Assembly (NCBI GenBank): GCA_043759365.1
Contig: JAYVNB010000097.1
Location: 1 to 45,187 of the forward strand
Direction: 5' to 3'
DNA from: Bacteriovoracaceae bacterium
Lineage (GTDB): Bacteria; Bdellovibrionota; UBA1018
Length of the DNA stretch: 45,187 nt
Shown here: positions 26,393 through 34,881 of the stretch, piece by piece
Position numbering within the stretch: the first letter of the stretch is position 1
How the letters are laid out: every line of letters starts with the position of its first letter
Made by a program: the position numbers and the translations under genes
The notes under the pieces: model-generated
Seen by the model: only the letters and a program-made list of their open reading frames with translations
Database searches by the model: none
Told to the model about the DNA's origin: nothing

Positions 26393-27735
26393 ACATTACG
26401 CGGGAGTATTTGGGCGACCTGCAGAAAAAGCTTTTAGCCGACCGCAGGCCGGGCGAGCATTATTATGCCGCTTTCGCAGGTGAGGAAAGTCAGTTCATCC
26501 GGATCAACGCGGCAAAGGTTCGTCAGATCGGGACCGTCGAAGATGCCTCGATCGACATCACCCTGCTAATTGAAGCTCCGAGCGGGGAGATCCGGCGCGC
26601 GAGCCGTGGCTGTACTCTTTCGGGTCTGAGCTGGAAAGATTGGGAGGAGGTGCAGGACGCTATTCGGATCCTTCGCTCCGAAGTTCCTCAGCTGCCCGTC
26701 GACCCCTATGCCAAACTCCCTCAAAACGTGGGTTCGAGCGAAACTCAGACCCGTGGGGAGATGCTGAGCCGGGAGGAAGCACCCGCAAAGCTCCTCGAGC
26801 CAGCGCGCAATCTGGATATCGCCGGAATCTATGCCGCAGGCCCCGTCGTACGGGCGATGTTCAATTCGGCCGGATTGTTTCATTGGTTTGGAACCGAGAC
26901 TTTCTCGTTGGATTACTCGGTCTACACAGCCTCGCAGCGTGCTCTGAAGGGCACTTTTGCAGGTCAGAAGTGGGATGGCCCTGCTTACGTCCGCACGCTT
27001 GAAGCGGCTCAGTCGCGCCTCGCACACCTGGAAAAGCCGGCACGCAAGGTCCCGCGGGGAGCTTATCGGACCTATATCGCTCCTGCCGGAGTTCATGACC
27101 TGATCGGAATGCTTTCCTGGGGCGGGGTCAGCGAAGCAGCCATTCGCCAAGGGGACAGCCCGCTTCGACGGATGCGGACAGGAGAGCGCACGATGTCTCC
27201 CTTGTTCTCGCTCAGCGAAGATTTCTCCGGGGGCGTAGTCCCTCGATTCAATGATTTGGGCGAGCTTGCTCCGGAGCGTCTACCGTTGGTCACCCGCGGA
27301 GTGCTTGAGAACACGCTGGTGAGTTCACGCACAGGAAAAGAATATGGCGTTGCTTCGAACGGAGCAGGCGCGGGCGAGGGCCTGCGTTCTCCCGTAGTTG
27401 CCCACGGTGAGCTCAAGGAAGAAGAGGTTTTGGCCCGACTCGGAACGGGTCTCTACCTTTCCAATCTCCACTACTTGAATTGGAGCGATCAACCCGGCGG
27501 GAGAATTACCGGGATGACCCGATATGCCTGCTTTTGGGTCGAAGAAGGCAAGATCGTCGCACCCATAGAAAATCTACGATGGGACGACAGCATCTTCTCG
27601 CTGTTCGGCGAAAAGCTGGAAGGGGTCACTTCTCAGCGGTCATTGGAGCCGGAAGTGGGGACCTATTTCGCGCGTCAACTCGGCGCGGCCCTGATCCCAG
27701 GCATCTTGGTGTCAGAAATGAACTTCACCCTTTAA
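26389..27735 (+). CDS. pmbA: TldE/PmbA family protein (non-catalytic partner of TldD)
   Basis: GTG 26389 is codon 80 of ORF 26152..27735 and makes a GTGA overlap with the tldD stop. Same fold family by length and C-terminal pattern (GLYLSNLHYLNW, GMTRYACFWVEEGKIV), but no HExxxH. Confidence 0.8.
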   Translation: MNITREYLGDLQKKLLADRRPGEHYYAAFAGEESQFIRINAAKVRQIGTVEDASIDITLLIEAPSGEIRRASRGCTLSGLSWKDWEEVQDAIRILRSEVPQLPVDPYAKLPQNVGSSETQTRGEMLSREEAPAKLLEPARNLDIAGIYAAGPVVRAMFNSAGLFHWFGTETFSLDYSVYTASQRALKGTFAGQKWDGPAYVRTLEAAQSRLAHLEKPARKVPRGAYRTYIAPAGVHDLIGMLSWGGVSEAAIRQGDSPLRRMRTGERTMSPLFSLSEDFSGGVVPRFNDLGELAPERLPLVTRGVLENTLVSSRTGKEYGVASNGAGAGEGLRSPVVAHGELKEEEVLARLGTGLYLSNLHYLNWSDQPGGRITGMTRYACFWVEEGKIVAPIENLRWDDSIFSLFGEKLEGVTSQRSLEPEVGTYFARQLGAALIPGILVSEMNFTL

Positions 27736-27763
27736 TCCGGGCCACGGAAAGTGATTCTCAACT

Positions 27764-28807
27764 ATGTCGTCTAGCCAACAGAAGTCCGGTACTCCGAAGC
27801 GTCCCTTGAATCCCCTGACACTGATCCTCGGTCTATCCCTAGCCTTTTTCGTGCTTTTCGTGGCGATCTCCGGAGTGACTTACCTCACGAAGACTCCGAG
27901 GAAATCGTCCGTGAGCGGCAAGGTGGGCTCTGCGATTTTCGGGAGCGGCAACATCGGGGTGATGGAAGTGAATGGAGTCATTATGGATTCCAAGCGCTAC
28001 CTTCGGCAATTGAAGTCTTTCGAAGAGGATTCGACGATCCGCGCGGTCCTGCTCCGCTTGAACTCACCCGGTGGAGCCGTGGCACCGTCGCAAGAGGTGT
28101 ATGAGCGCGTGAAGCACTTCAGTAAGCCCGTCTATGCCTCGATGGGTTCGGTCGCAGCCAGTGGAGCCTATTACATCGCCATGGGGGCGAAAAAGGTCTA
28201 CGCCAATCCCGGCACCATCACGGGTTCGATCGGGGTGATCATGGAGTTCGCGAATCTCGCCAAGCTCTATGAATGGGCGAAGGTCAGCCGGTATTCGATC
28301 AAGACCGGCAAGTTCAAGGATGCAGGGGCCGACTACCGGGCTTTGGAGCCGGATGAGAAAGCGCTGCTTCAGGGAATGGTCGACAACGTCTTGGTTCAGT
28401 TCAAAAATGCGGTTTCCGAAGGACGCAATCTTCCTCCGGCAACCGTGAGCAAGTTGGCGGATGGACGTATTTTCTCCGGCGCCCAGGCTAAAGAACTGAA
28501 TCTGGTCGATGAGTTGGGCACTATCCAGGATACTGCCAAGGCTCTCGCGGAATTCTCCGGCATCAAAGGCGACTATGAGTTGGTCTATCCGGGACGGGCT
28601 AAGCCTCGCCTGCTCGACCTCCTCATGGAGGGGGCTGGATCGGGGGACGAGGACTCCGAGGCTCAAGTTCCTACGATGGGTGGACTTTTGGGACTGGTCC
28701 AGCGGGCTTTCGGGGTTCCCGGAGGTTCGGGTGCGCGGACGAGCTTGCAGGAGCAGGTCACTGGACTCGCTCCTGGCATTTACTGGCTTTGGCCGGGCGC
28801 ACGTTGA
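27764..28807 (+). CDS. sppA: Signal peptide peptidase SppA, 36K type (S49)
   Basis: N-terminal TM anchor, LRLNSPGGAV, MGSVAASGAYYIAMGA (catalytic Ser region) and KTGKFKDAG. Confidence 0.88.
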   Translation: MSSSQQKSGTPKRPLNPLTLILGLSLAFFVLFVAISGVTYLTKTPRKSSVSGKVGSAIFGSGNIGVMEVNGVIMDSKRYLRQLKSFEEDSTIRAVLLRLNSPGGAVAPSQEVYERVKHFSKPVYASMGSVAASGAYYIAMGAKKVYANPGTITGSIGVIMEFANLAKLYEWAKVSRYSIKTGKFKDAGADYRALEPDEKALLQGMVDNVLVQFKNAVSEGRNLPPATVSKLADGRIFSGAQAKELNLVDELGTIQDTAKALAEFSGIKGDYELVYPGRAKPRLLDLLMEGAGSGDEDSEAQVPTMGGLLGLVQRAFGVPGGSGARTSLQEQVTGLAPGIYWLWPGAR

Positions 28808-28817
28808 GTCCCCCGCT

Positions 28818-30083
28818 ATGAAAACTTATCCTCGCGATCTAGCGGTGAAGATCCTGACTCGTGTCTTGAGTGACCAGCAGGCCTTGGACCAAGCATTGGC
28901 CGAGCTGGCTCTGGATGCTCCTCCGGATACCCGGGCCTGGCTTCAGGAGGTCTGCTCAGGGACCTTGAGATGGAGAGGCCGCCTGGATCTCGCGATCGAT
29001 TCGATCGCCCTCAAGAAGAAGCCCAGCGGCTGGCTTCGAAAGATGATTCTCCTCACGGCCTATCAACTCGTGGCTCAGGATCGCACGCCTGCCGGGCGCG
29101 TGGTTTCGGAGACGGTGACTGACGTCAAGCAGCGCGAAGGAGAAGCTCCTTCGAAGTTTGCCAACGCGCTTCTTCGTAAAGTCGCTGATCATGCCTTGGA
29201 CTGGCGGTCGATGGAGGTCCGAGCCAAGGCGCCCCTCGCCGAGCAGGCACGCTGGGCCAGTCTCCCCGAGTGGCTTTGGAAGAAATTAGTTCAGGAAAAC
29301 GGCTTAGAGGGCGCGAAAGCATACGCCCAAGCGAGTCTCGATCGTCCAGGGCTCTGGATCCACGCGCGGCGAGTGGACTGGGCTCCGCTTCAGGAAGCAC
29401 ATTGGAGCGACGGGCCGGTTCCAGGCTCCAAGCGTCTTCAGGAGTCTGCTGGTTTAGGCCAAATTTCCGAATGGGCGGGCTTCAAGGAAGGGGAGTTCTT
29501 TGTTCAGGACATCTCCAGCCAAACGCTCGTCTATGAGATTTCCCGGGAGGTGAGGGAATCACTAGGAACGGGTCCTCTGCGGGTCTTGGATCTTTGCGCC
29601 GCACCTGGGGGGAAAACGGCGGGCCTTGCGTGGAACGGATTTCAAGTGAGCGCGAGCGATCGAGACGAAAGTCGTTACGCCCTGCTTCAGCAAACTGTGG
29701 ACCGTGTCGGAGCCGGAACCCAGATTCAAGTCGTGCCTCAAAATGCGGTCGGCGCATTGCCGAGTCAAGATTTGGTGTGGGTGGACGCCCCTTGCACGGG
29801 AACTGGAATCCTGCGCCGGCATCCCGACGTCCGCTGGCTCCGTCAGGAAAAGGAGCTGTCGGTGTTGGGTAAACTCCAAGCCGAATTGATCCAGAAGGCT
29901 TGGGAGAAAGTGCGGCCGGGGGGGTTTCTCGCTTACTCCGTCTGTTCGGTCCTTCGGGAGGAAGGCCCCGGCCGGATCGAGTCTGCGAAGTTGGCTGGCA
30001 CCCGAGTGAAGGATTGGAACCTGCTTCCTCAGAATGCCCCTTTCGGCGACGGATTCTGGGCGACCTTGATCCAAAAGTCTTAA
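28818..30083 (+). CDS. rsmB: 16S rRNA (cytosine967-C5)-methyltransferase
   Basis: ATG 28818 is codon 104 of ORF 28509..30083. NusB-like N-domain, FFVQDISSQ, DLCAAPGGKT (SAM site), VDAPCTGTGILRRHPDVRW and a YSVCS catalytic Cys. Confidence 0.88.
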   Translation: MKTYPRDLAVKILTRVLSDQQALDQALAELALDAPPDTRAWLQEVCSGTLRWRGRLDLAIDSIALKKKPSGWLRKMILLTAYQLVAQDRTPAGRVVSETVTDVKQREGEAPSKFANALLRKVADHALDWRSMEVRAKAPLAEQARWASLPEWLWKKLVQENGLEGAKAYAQASLDRPGLWIHARRVDWAPLQEAHWSDGPVPGSKRLQESAGLGQISEWAGFKEGEFFVQDISSQTLVYEISREVRESLGTGPLRVLDLCAAPGGKTAGLAWNGFQVSASDRDESRYALLQQTVDRVGAGTQIQVVPQNAVGALPSQDLVWVDAPCTGTGILRRHPDVRWLRQEKELSVLGKLQAELIQKAWEKVRPGGFLAYSVCSVLREEGPGRIESAKLAGTRVKDWNLLPQNAPFGDGFWATLIQKS

Positions 30084-30398
30084 TGTTTGGGCTCGATATT
30101 TCCAATTCCAATCTGAAACCGTGTTTTGCAACGTCGTGCATCGAAGTTGGCTGCGATGGCCGATGGAGTCCGTGGGTGGGGCAAAATGGCGCGCCGGATC
30201 GCGCCTGACACGGGTCCTCAGGCAATCTGGCCCTAAGGCCACCCGTGCGGGTTTCCAGTCTTTCGACAGGAACTTCTAGTTTGATATCGGCGAGATCGGG
30301 AAAAACGCGCGCTCCGTGGATTCTCTGGCACGTCACCTGCACAAAGGGGAGACCTGATCGTTTGACTCCAAGCAGTGTGTTGTACGTATGTTGTGGGG

Positions 30399-30495
30399 GG
30401 AGTCAGGGTCATCTAAAAATTCCGCTACTGCTTTAATCCATCATAGCCCACCACCCGCCGCTGGCTCCCGAAAGGGAGTCAGCCGGCTCCTTTTT
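30399..30495 (+). ncRNA. Candidate small RNA (promoter-like element to intrinsic terminator)
   Basis: TTGACT (30362-30367), 19 nt, TATGTT (30387-30392) upstream; a strong terminator at the 3' end; no plausible ORF or RBS. The 5' end is not determinable from sequence. No known RNA family recognised (no tmRNA, RNase P, SRP or 6S signatures seen). Confidence 0.25.
30457..30495 (+). terminator. Rho-independent terminator-like hairpin with a GAAA tetraloop
   Basis: gccgctggctccc-gaaa-gggagtcagccggc (30457-30487) forms about 13 bp with one G-U and a one-nt bulge. It is followed by tcc ttttt (T5 at 30491-30495). The orientation is + only, because the opposite side lacks a T-run. Confidence 0.55.
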
Positions 30496-30577
30496 CGTTG
30501 GGTGTTCTGCTCCCGTCAGACGAGCAAAGGCAACGCTCAGAGGCCTGTCAGGGAGAGAGGACTCGAAATGTGAAGGC

Positions 30578-31801
30578 TCAATCCCGTTTGCGGCGGAATC
30601 GGGCAGGCTTCATCTGCTCCAAATCGCGAGAAACGCGGTAAGGGATGATATCGCCGCGGTAAACGCCTTTTCCGCTTGGCAGGGAGTAGCGGATCGGGTG
30701 CTCCGGTTCACAGAGCAGGACGACCGGAGTGGGCTCGCCTGGGCGTTTCATTGGGTCGCTGATCACTCGCCGCATCTCAGCCTCGGGTCGTTCGATGTTC
30801 GATCCTGCGGCCGCCCACCAAAGATACGAGAACTTGACCCATTGGCGCTCGGAACCCAAGCGGTGGGAGAAGTCCTTGAACCATTTTCCGGGGATTTCAA
30901 TGGGGAGCGAGAAGTGGCACCAATCCCGCCCTTCGGCCAACGGGCACTTGTCTGCGTGGAGGCAGGGTCCCCAGAGCGGTGTGTCGGACAACCCCGGTTG
31001 ATCGGAAGACAGGATCGCGTCCCGGATTTGGGAGAGATGCTGGGAGGAGCGATGGGCTGCAGGCTCGACCATGAGAAGGCCCCCTCCTTGCATTTGTCCC
31101 ATGAGCTGGGACAGTGCAGGGAGTTCGGGAAGTTCTTCGCCCCGGGGAGGTGTCTCGTTCAGGACATGCCCCATTAAAATGAGTGAGGTGGGTTCGGTCG
31201 ACGACCTCGCGGCTCTCCACCAGGCATCCGGATGAGACACGACCGTGAGTTTGTCGCGGAGCTTGGGAAACTGGGAGCCCATGTCCTCCAGGATCGCTTT
31301 GCCGTCCTCGAGGATTCCGCGTTGATGATCCCAGCCATGGATTTCGATGGGCGGCAGCGGCTCTCCCGTTTGGGCTGCTTCATTCAATGCCCAGAGGCAA
31401 AAGGCGATTGAAGCGGTGTAAGGGCCGGCACCGAGATCATAGACCAGCAGTTTTCCCCGCTTTTTTCCGTGTTCCAGAGCATCGCGCGCGGCTTGAGGAT
31501 GCAGCGAGAACAGTCGCAGGAACTTCGAAGCTTGAAGCGGGAGGAAATAGAGCAAATAGGCGGATCGAAATTTCGGGTGAAGAAAGTAGGCAGGCAGGTC
31601 GCGCGGCCGTTCTTCTGTGAACATCTCGGAAAGCTCATCGATCCCTTTGAAGAAAAACTGAGAGTCGAGCTTCTCGAAAGGTTTGTCCTTCCAGCTGTCC
31701 CGGGGACTGTAGTGCTTCTTGACGTAGGCAGGAATTGCCTCGTCGATGAGCCACAGCCAGGCAGGCGGAAACCGGAAGGAAGCAGGGATGGAAGCAGGCA
31801 T
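30578..31801 (-). CDS. Rsm22-like class I SAM-dependent methyltransferase
   Basis: YLLYFLPLQASK, VYDLGAGPYTA (SAM motif I) and a C-terminal Cys cluster GPCLHADKCPLAEGRDWCHFS resemble the Rsm22 family. Start taken at the ATG at 31801 (codon 20); the longer option is 31858. Confidence 0.65.
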   Translation of the reverse strand: MPASIPASFRFPPAWLWLIDEAIPAYVKKHYSPRDSWKDKPFEKLDSQFFFKGIDELSEMFTEERPRDLPAYFLHPKFRSAYLLYFLPLQASKFLRLFSLHPQAARDALEHGKKRGKLLVYDLGAGPYTASIAFCLWALNEAAQTGEPLPPIEIHGWDHQRGILEDGKAILEDMGSQFPKLRDKLTVVSHPDAWWRAARSSTEPTSLILMGHVLNETPPRGEELPELPALSQLMGQMQGGGLLMVEPAAHRSSQHLSQIRDAILSSDQPGLSDTPLWGPCLHADKCPLAEGRDWCHFSLPIEIPGKWFKDFSHRLGSERQWVKFSYLWWAAAGSNIERPEAEMRRVISDPMKRPGEPTPVVLLCEPEHPIRYSLPSGKGVYRGDIIPYRVSRDLEQMKPARFRRKRD

Positions 31802-31897
31802 GAAATCAATTCCCAAAAAGTTTAGCGGAATTCCAAGTGTCGCAGACTCGGGATTCAATAGGAGTGTATGCTACACTTGGATGCAGGAGGTCAATGG

Positions 31898-32371
31898 ATG
31901 GACTCCCTTTGGAAAAATCGGGATCGGGATATCTGGGCGTTTTACTGCCCCCAGTGCAAGACTCAGCGGAAAGTGCCCGGCCGGCCCAATCCCGCTACGG
32001 TCAAACACCTGCTTCAGCTCGGACTGACCTCGGTGGTTTTCACCCTGGCCACATGGCCGGTCTTTGGCTTGAAGGGGTTGGTTTCGTTCGTTCCCATTTG
32101 GGCGGCCTTCGAAACGTTGTATCGGACGCGATTCCGCGCCCACGTGTCTTGTCCTCATTGCGGATTCGATCCGTTCCTCTATCTCTCCAACATCAAAAGA
32201 GCACGTGGCGAGATCGAGGACTACTGGCGAAAAAAATTTGAGGAAAAGGGAATCGCCTATCCCGAGAAAGGCTCGTCTGGGGCTTCTCGAGGAAAGATGC
32301 AACCAAACGCGTCAATTGAGGATTCTGTCGACCTTGAGTCCGATTCACGCCTTGACAGCCCTCGCAACTGA
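31898..32371 (+). CDS. Hypothetical membrane protein with split Cys4 (zinc-ribbon-like) motif
   Basis: CPQC (near the N-terminus) and CPHC flank two hydrophobic helices (LLQLGLTSVVFTLATWPVFGL, LVSFVPIWAAF). The start is ATG 31898 or 31868. Confidence 0.5.
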   Translation: MDSLWKNRDRDIWAFYCPQCKTQRKVPGRPNPATVKHLLQLGLTSVVFTLATWPVFGLKGLVSFVPIWAAFETLYRTRFRAHVSCPHCGFDPFLYLSNIKRARGEIEDYWRKKFEEKGIAYPEKGSSGASRGKMQPNASIEDSVDLESDSRLDSPRN

Positions 32372-32389
32372 GCGCTAATCGTAGCTCAC

Positions 32390-32932
32390 ATGTCAGTCAA
32401 TAAAGTTATTTTGATCGGTCGGCTCGGGCAAAACCCCGAAGTCCGTTACACCCCTTCCGGGGCTGGCGTCGCCAACTTCAGCGTAGCGACCAACGAGAGC
32501 TGGACCGACAAGTCCGGGCAGAAGCAAGAGCGCACCGAATGGCACAAAGTTGTCGTTTGGGGAAAACTCGCTGAACTTTGTGGTCAATACCTCGCTAAAG
32601 GCCGTCAGGTTTACCTGGAAGGCCGCCTTCAGACTCGTGAGTGGAAGGATAAGGAAGGCCAGACGAAATACACCACCGAGGTCCAAGCGCAAACTGTCCA
32701 GTTCTTGGGCGCCCAAGCGGGAGCAGGTGCCGAACGGGGTCAAGGCTCCGATATGGGGATGGGCGCAGGTCCAGGTCCTGGCATGGATTCGGGCTATGGC
32801 GGGGGCGGTCCGAACATGGGCGGCGGCCACTCGGGTGGCGGCAATTATGGAAATGCTCCCGCTCCAGCTGGAGTGGGAATGGGTCGGGGGGGCTCTGAGC
32901 CTTCCTTTACTGAAGACGATATTCCATTTTGA
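32390..32932 (+). CDS. ssb: Single-stranded DNA-binding protein
   Basis: [24 protein letters not shown]...[16 protein letters not shown] fold, a Gly/Met/Pro-rich linker and the acidic tip DDIPF. Confidence 0.95.
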   Translation: MSVNKVILIGRLGQNPEVRYTPSGAGVANFSVATNESWTDKSGQKQERTEWHKVVVWGKLAELCGQYLAKGRQVYLEGRLQTREWKDKEGQTKYTTEVQAQTVQFLGAQAGAGAERGQGSDMGMGAGPGPGMDSGYGGGGPNMGGGHSGGGNYGNAPAPAGVGMGRGGSEPSFTEDDIPF

Positions 32933-33666
32933 TGCGCTCGCTGATCGTCATTCCGACCTACAACGAGATTGAGAACCTCCAGCCGATGGTGACAGCCGTA
33001 TTGGCGGCCACTCCGGCTGAGGTGGATGTTCTCATTGTCGACGACAACTCACCCGATGGGACTGGGAAGCTCGCTGACATTTTGGCGACCACTTATCCCC
33101 GCGTGCAGGTTCTGCATCGCGGAGGAAAAATGGGACTAGGAACCGCCTATGTGAACGGCTTCAAGTGGGGCATGGAGCGACCCTACGAAGTGTTCATCGA
33201 AATGGACGCAGACTTCTCCCACAATCCGAAATACCTGCCCCGGATGTTGAGCCTCCTTCAGGATCATGACGTCGTCATCGGTTCCCGGTATGTCGCCGGG
33301 GGTGGCACCGTGAACTGGGGCTTGGGTCGTAAGATCTTGAGCCGAGGTGGCAGCCTGTATTCGCGCCTGATCCTGGGAGCATCGATCCGGGATTTTACTG
33401 GGGGCTTCAATGGTTGGCGCCGCAAAGTGCTTGAGGCGGTGGATCTGGGTTCGCTCCGCTCGGACGGCTATTCCTTCCAGATCGAGCTCAAGTACCGTGC
33501 GTTCCTTCGCAAGTTCAAGATGACCGAGTTCCCGATCGTTTTCGAGGACCGCAAGGTCGGCAAATCGAAGATGAACAAGAGAATCGTGTTTGAAGCGCTG
33601 GGACGAGTCTGGAGTTTCCGCATGCGGGGAATGCCGCCCGCCCATCGCCAGCTTCCGGACTCTTGA
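32932..33666 (+). CDS. Polyprenol-phosphate mannosyltransferase-like GT2 (Dpm1/Ppm1 family)
   Basis: LIVIPTYNEIENL, LIVDDNSPDGTG, MDADFSHNP and GSRYV motifs. The ATG shares a base with the ssb TGA (TGATG). Confidence 0.8.
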   Translation: MRSLIVIPTYNEIENLQPMVTAVLAATPAEVDVLIVDDNSPDGTGKLADILATTYPRVQVLHRGGKMGLGTAYVNGFKWGMERPYEVFIEMDADFSHNPKYLPRMLSLLQDHDVVIGSRYVAGGGTVNWGLGRKILSRGGSLYSRLILGASIRDFTGGFNGWRRKVLEAVDLGSLRSDGYSFQIELKYRAFLRKFKMTEFPIVFEDRKVGKSKMNKRIVFEALGRVWSFRMRGMPPAHRQLPDS

Positions 33667-33872
33667 TTCCCGACTTCTAGGGATCGACACGAATGGGAAA
33701 ATCTTTCTGAGGTGTCCAAGCGTGCGGCAGACCTCGGGACTGGTAAATGTTGAAAAGAATAGGGCAATTTTCACTCGGCGGGGAAGTGAAGTTCCCGAAG
33801 CTCGAGCACACCGCATTCATTCGATTGGAACGATTGACCCTGCGCTGTGGCGACGTTTAGACTGAGGACTCC

Positions 33873-34751
33873 ATGAAATCCCTAATTGCGGCCGCCTTGA
33901 CCCTTTTCATTTCCGGATTTGCCGGAGCTGCGGAGCCGCACCCCCGCACGGCGCTCTTGGTCGATAAAAAGACCAACATGCTCTACGTGACTCGATACGA
34001 GAACGGGACTTATCAGAAGATCAAGGAGTTCCACGCGACCTTGGGTCAAGTGAAGGGTGACAAGGAGGAGGAGGGGGACTTGAAAACCCCGGAGGGGATT
34101 TACACCTTCTCCCAGAAACTCGCGGCGCCCGGACTCAAGCCCAAGTTCGGTTCCTTGGCATTTTACATCAATTATCCGAACACTTTTGACCAACTCGCGG
34201 GACGCAAAGGTTTCGACGTGATGTTGCATGCGACGAACGAGCCTGGACGCTTGAAGCAGGATTACGACAGTTTGGGATGCATCGTGGTCAAGAACGAAGA
34301 GCTACAGGAGATCCAGGGGTCCATCCGGCTCGGCTTGACGCCGATCCTGATATTCAGCGAGTTGACGGAAGAGTATTGGAAGCCGGGTGAAAACGCGGCT
34401 TTAAAAGGGTTTTTTGAAAGCTGGGTGAAGGCCTGGGAAAGCCAAGGCATCGACAGTTACATCGGGCACTACCACACCGATTTCGCCGCTCAAGGCAAGA
34501 ACCGGGATCAATGGAAGCGCTATAAATCCGCCCTCAACTCCCGCTACGCGACAATCCATGTGGGACCCGAGGATGTGAGTTACTATCGGCATCCCAAATA
34601 CTCGGTCATCACCTTTACCCAGAACTACCGCTCCACCCTGCGGTCGGGCGGAGTGGGTCACCGGGCGCGCGGCACCAAAATTCTCTATGTCGCCGAAGAA
34701 GCCGGGCAGCCGAAAATCATCGCCGAGACCTACACTGAACTGATGTGGTGA
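33873..34751 (+). CDS. L,D-transpeptidase (YkuD domain) with a C-terminal extra domain
   Basis: Signal peptide MKSLIAAALTLFISGFAGA. Catalytic region MLHATNEPGRLKQDYDSLGCIVVKNEEL (H...S-x-GC). About 125 C-terminal residues are of an unassigned fold. Confidence 0.8.
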   Translation: MKSLIAAALTLFISGFAGAAEPHPRTALLVDKKTNMLYVTRYENGTYQKIKEFHATLGQVKGDKEEEGDLKTPEGIYTFSQKLAAPGLKPKFGSLAFYINYPNTFDQLAGRKGFDVMLHATNEPGRLKQDYDSLGCIVVKNEELQEIQGSIRLGLTPILIFSELTEEYWKPGENAALKGFFESWVKAWESQGIDSYIGHYHTDFAAQGKNRDQWKRYKSALNSRYATIHVGPEDVSYYRHPKYSVITFTQNYRSTLRSGGVGHRARGTKILYVAEEAGQPKIIAETYTELMW

Positions 34752-34881
34752 CGCGTCTGCCGCCTGAATTTTACCCCTGAGCACAGGGGTGCCGGCAGGT
34801 ATTGCCCGCATTTTCATCGACTCTCGTATTGACGCCTCGGTGCCGACCGAGTCAAATCGTCAAAAACGCGGGACAGATATT

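Noticed and set aside
30388-30573. 61-aa ORF inside the convergent gap
   Set aside because: It has no Shine-Dalgarno sequence and an odd composition. It reads straight through the terminator hairpin, so an RNA-level function is more plausible.
32700-32900. Gly/Met/Pro-rich stretch in SSB, superficially like the Gly-rich protein at the window start
   Set aside because: This is the normal intrinsically disordered linker of bacterial SSB ahead of the DDIPF tip. There is no DNA-level repeat and no relation to the 15-bp array.
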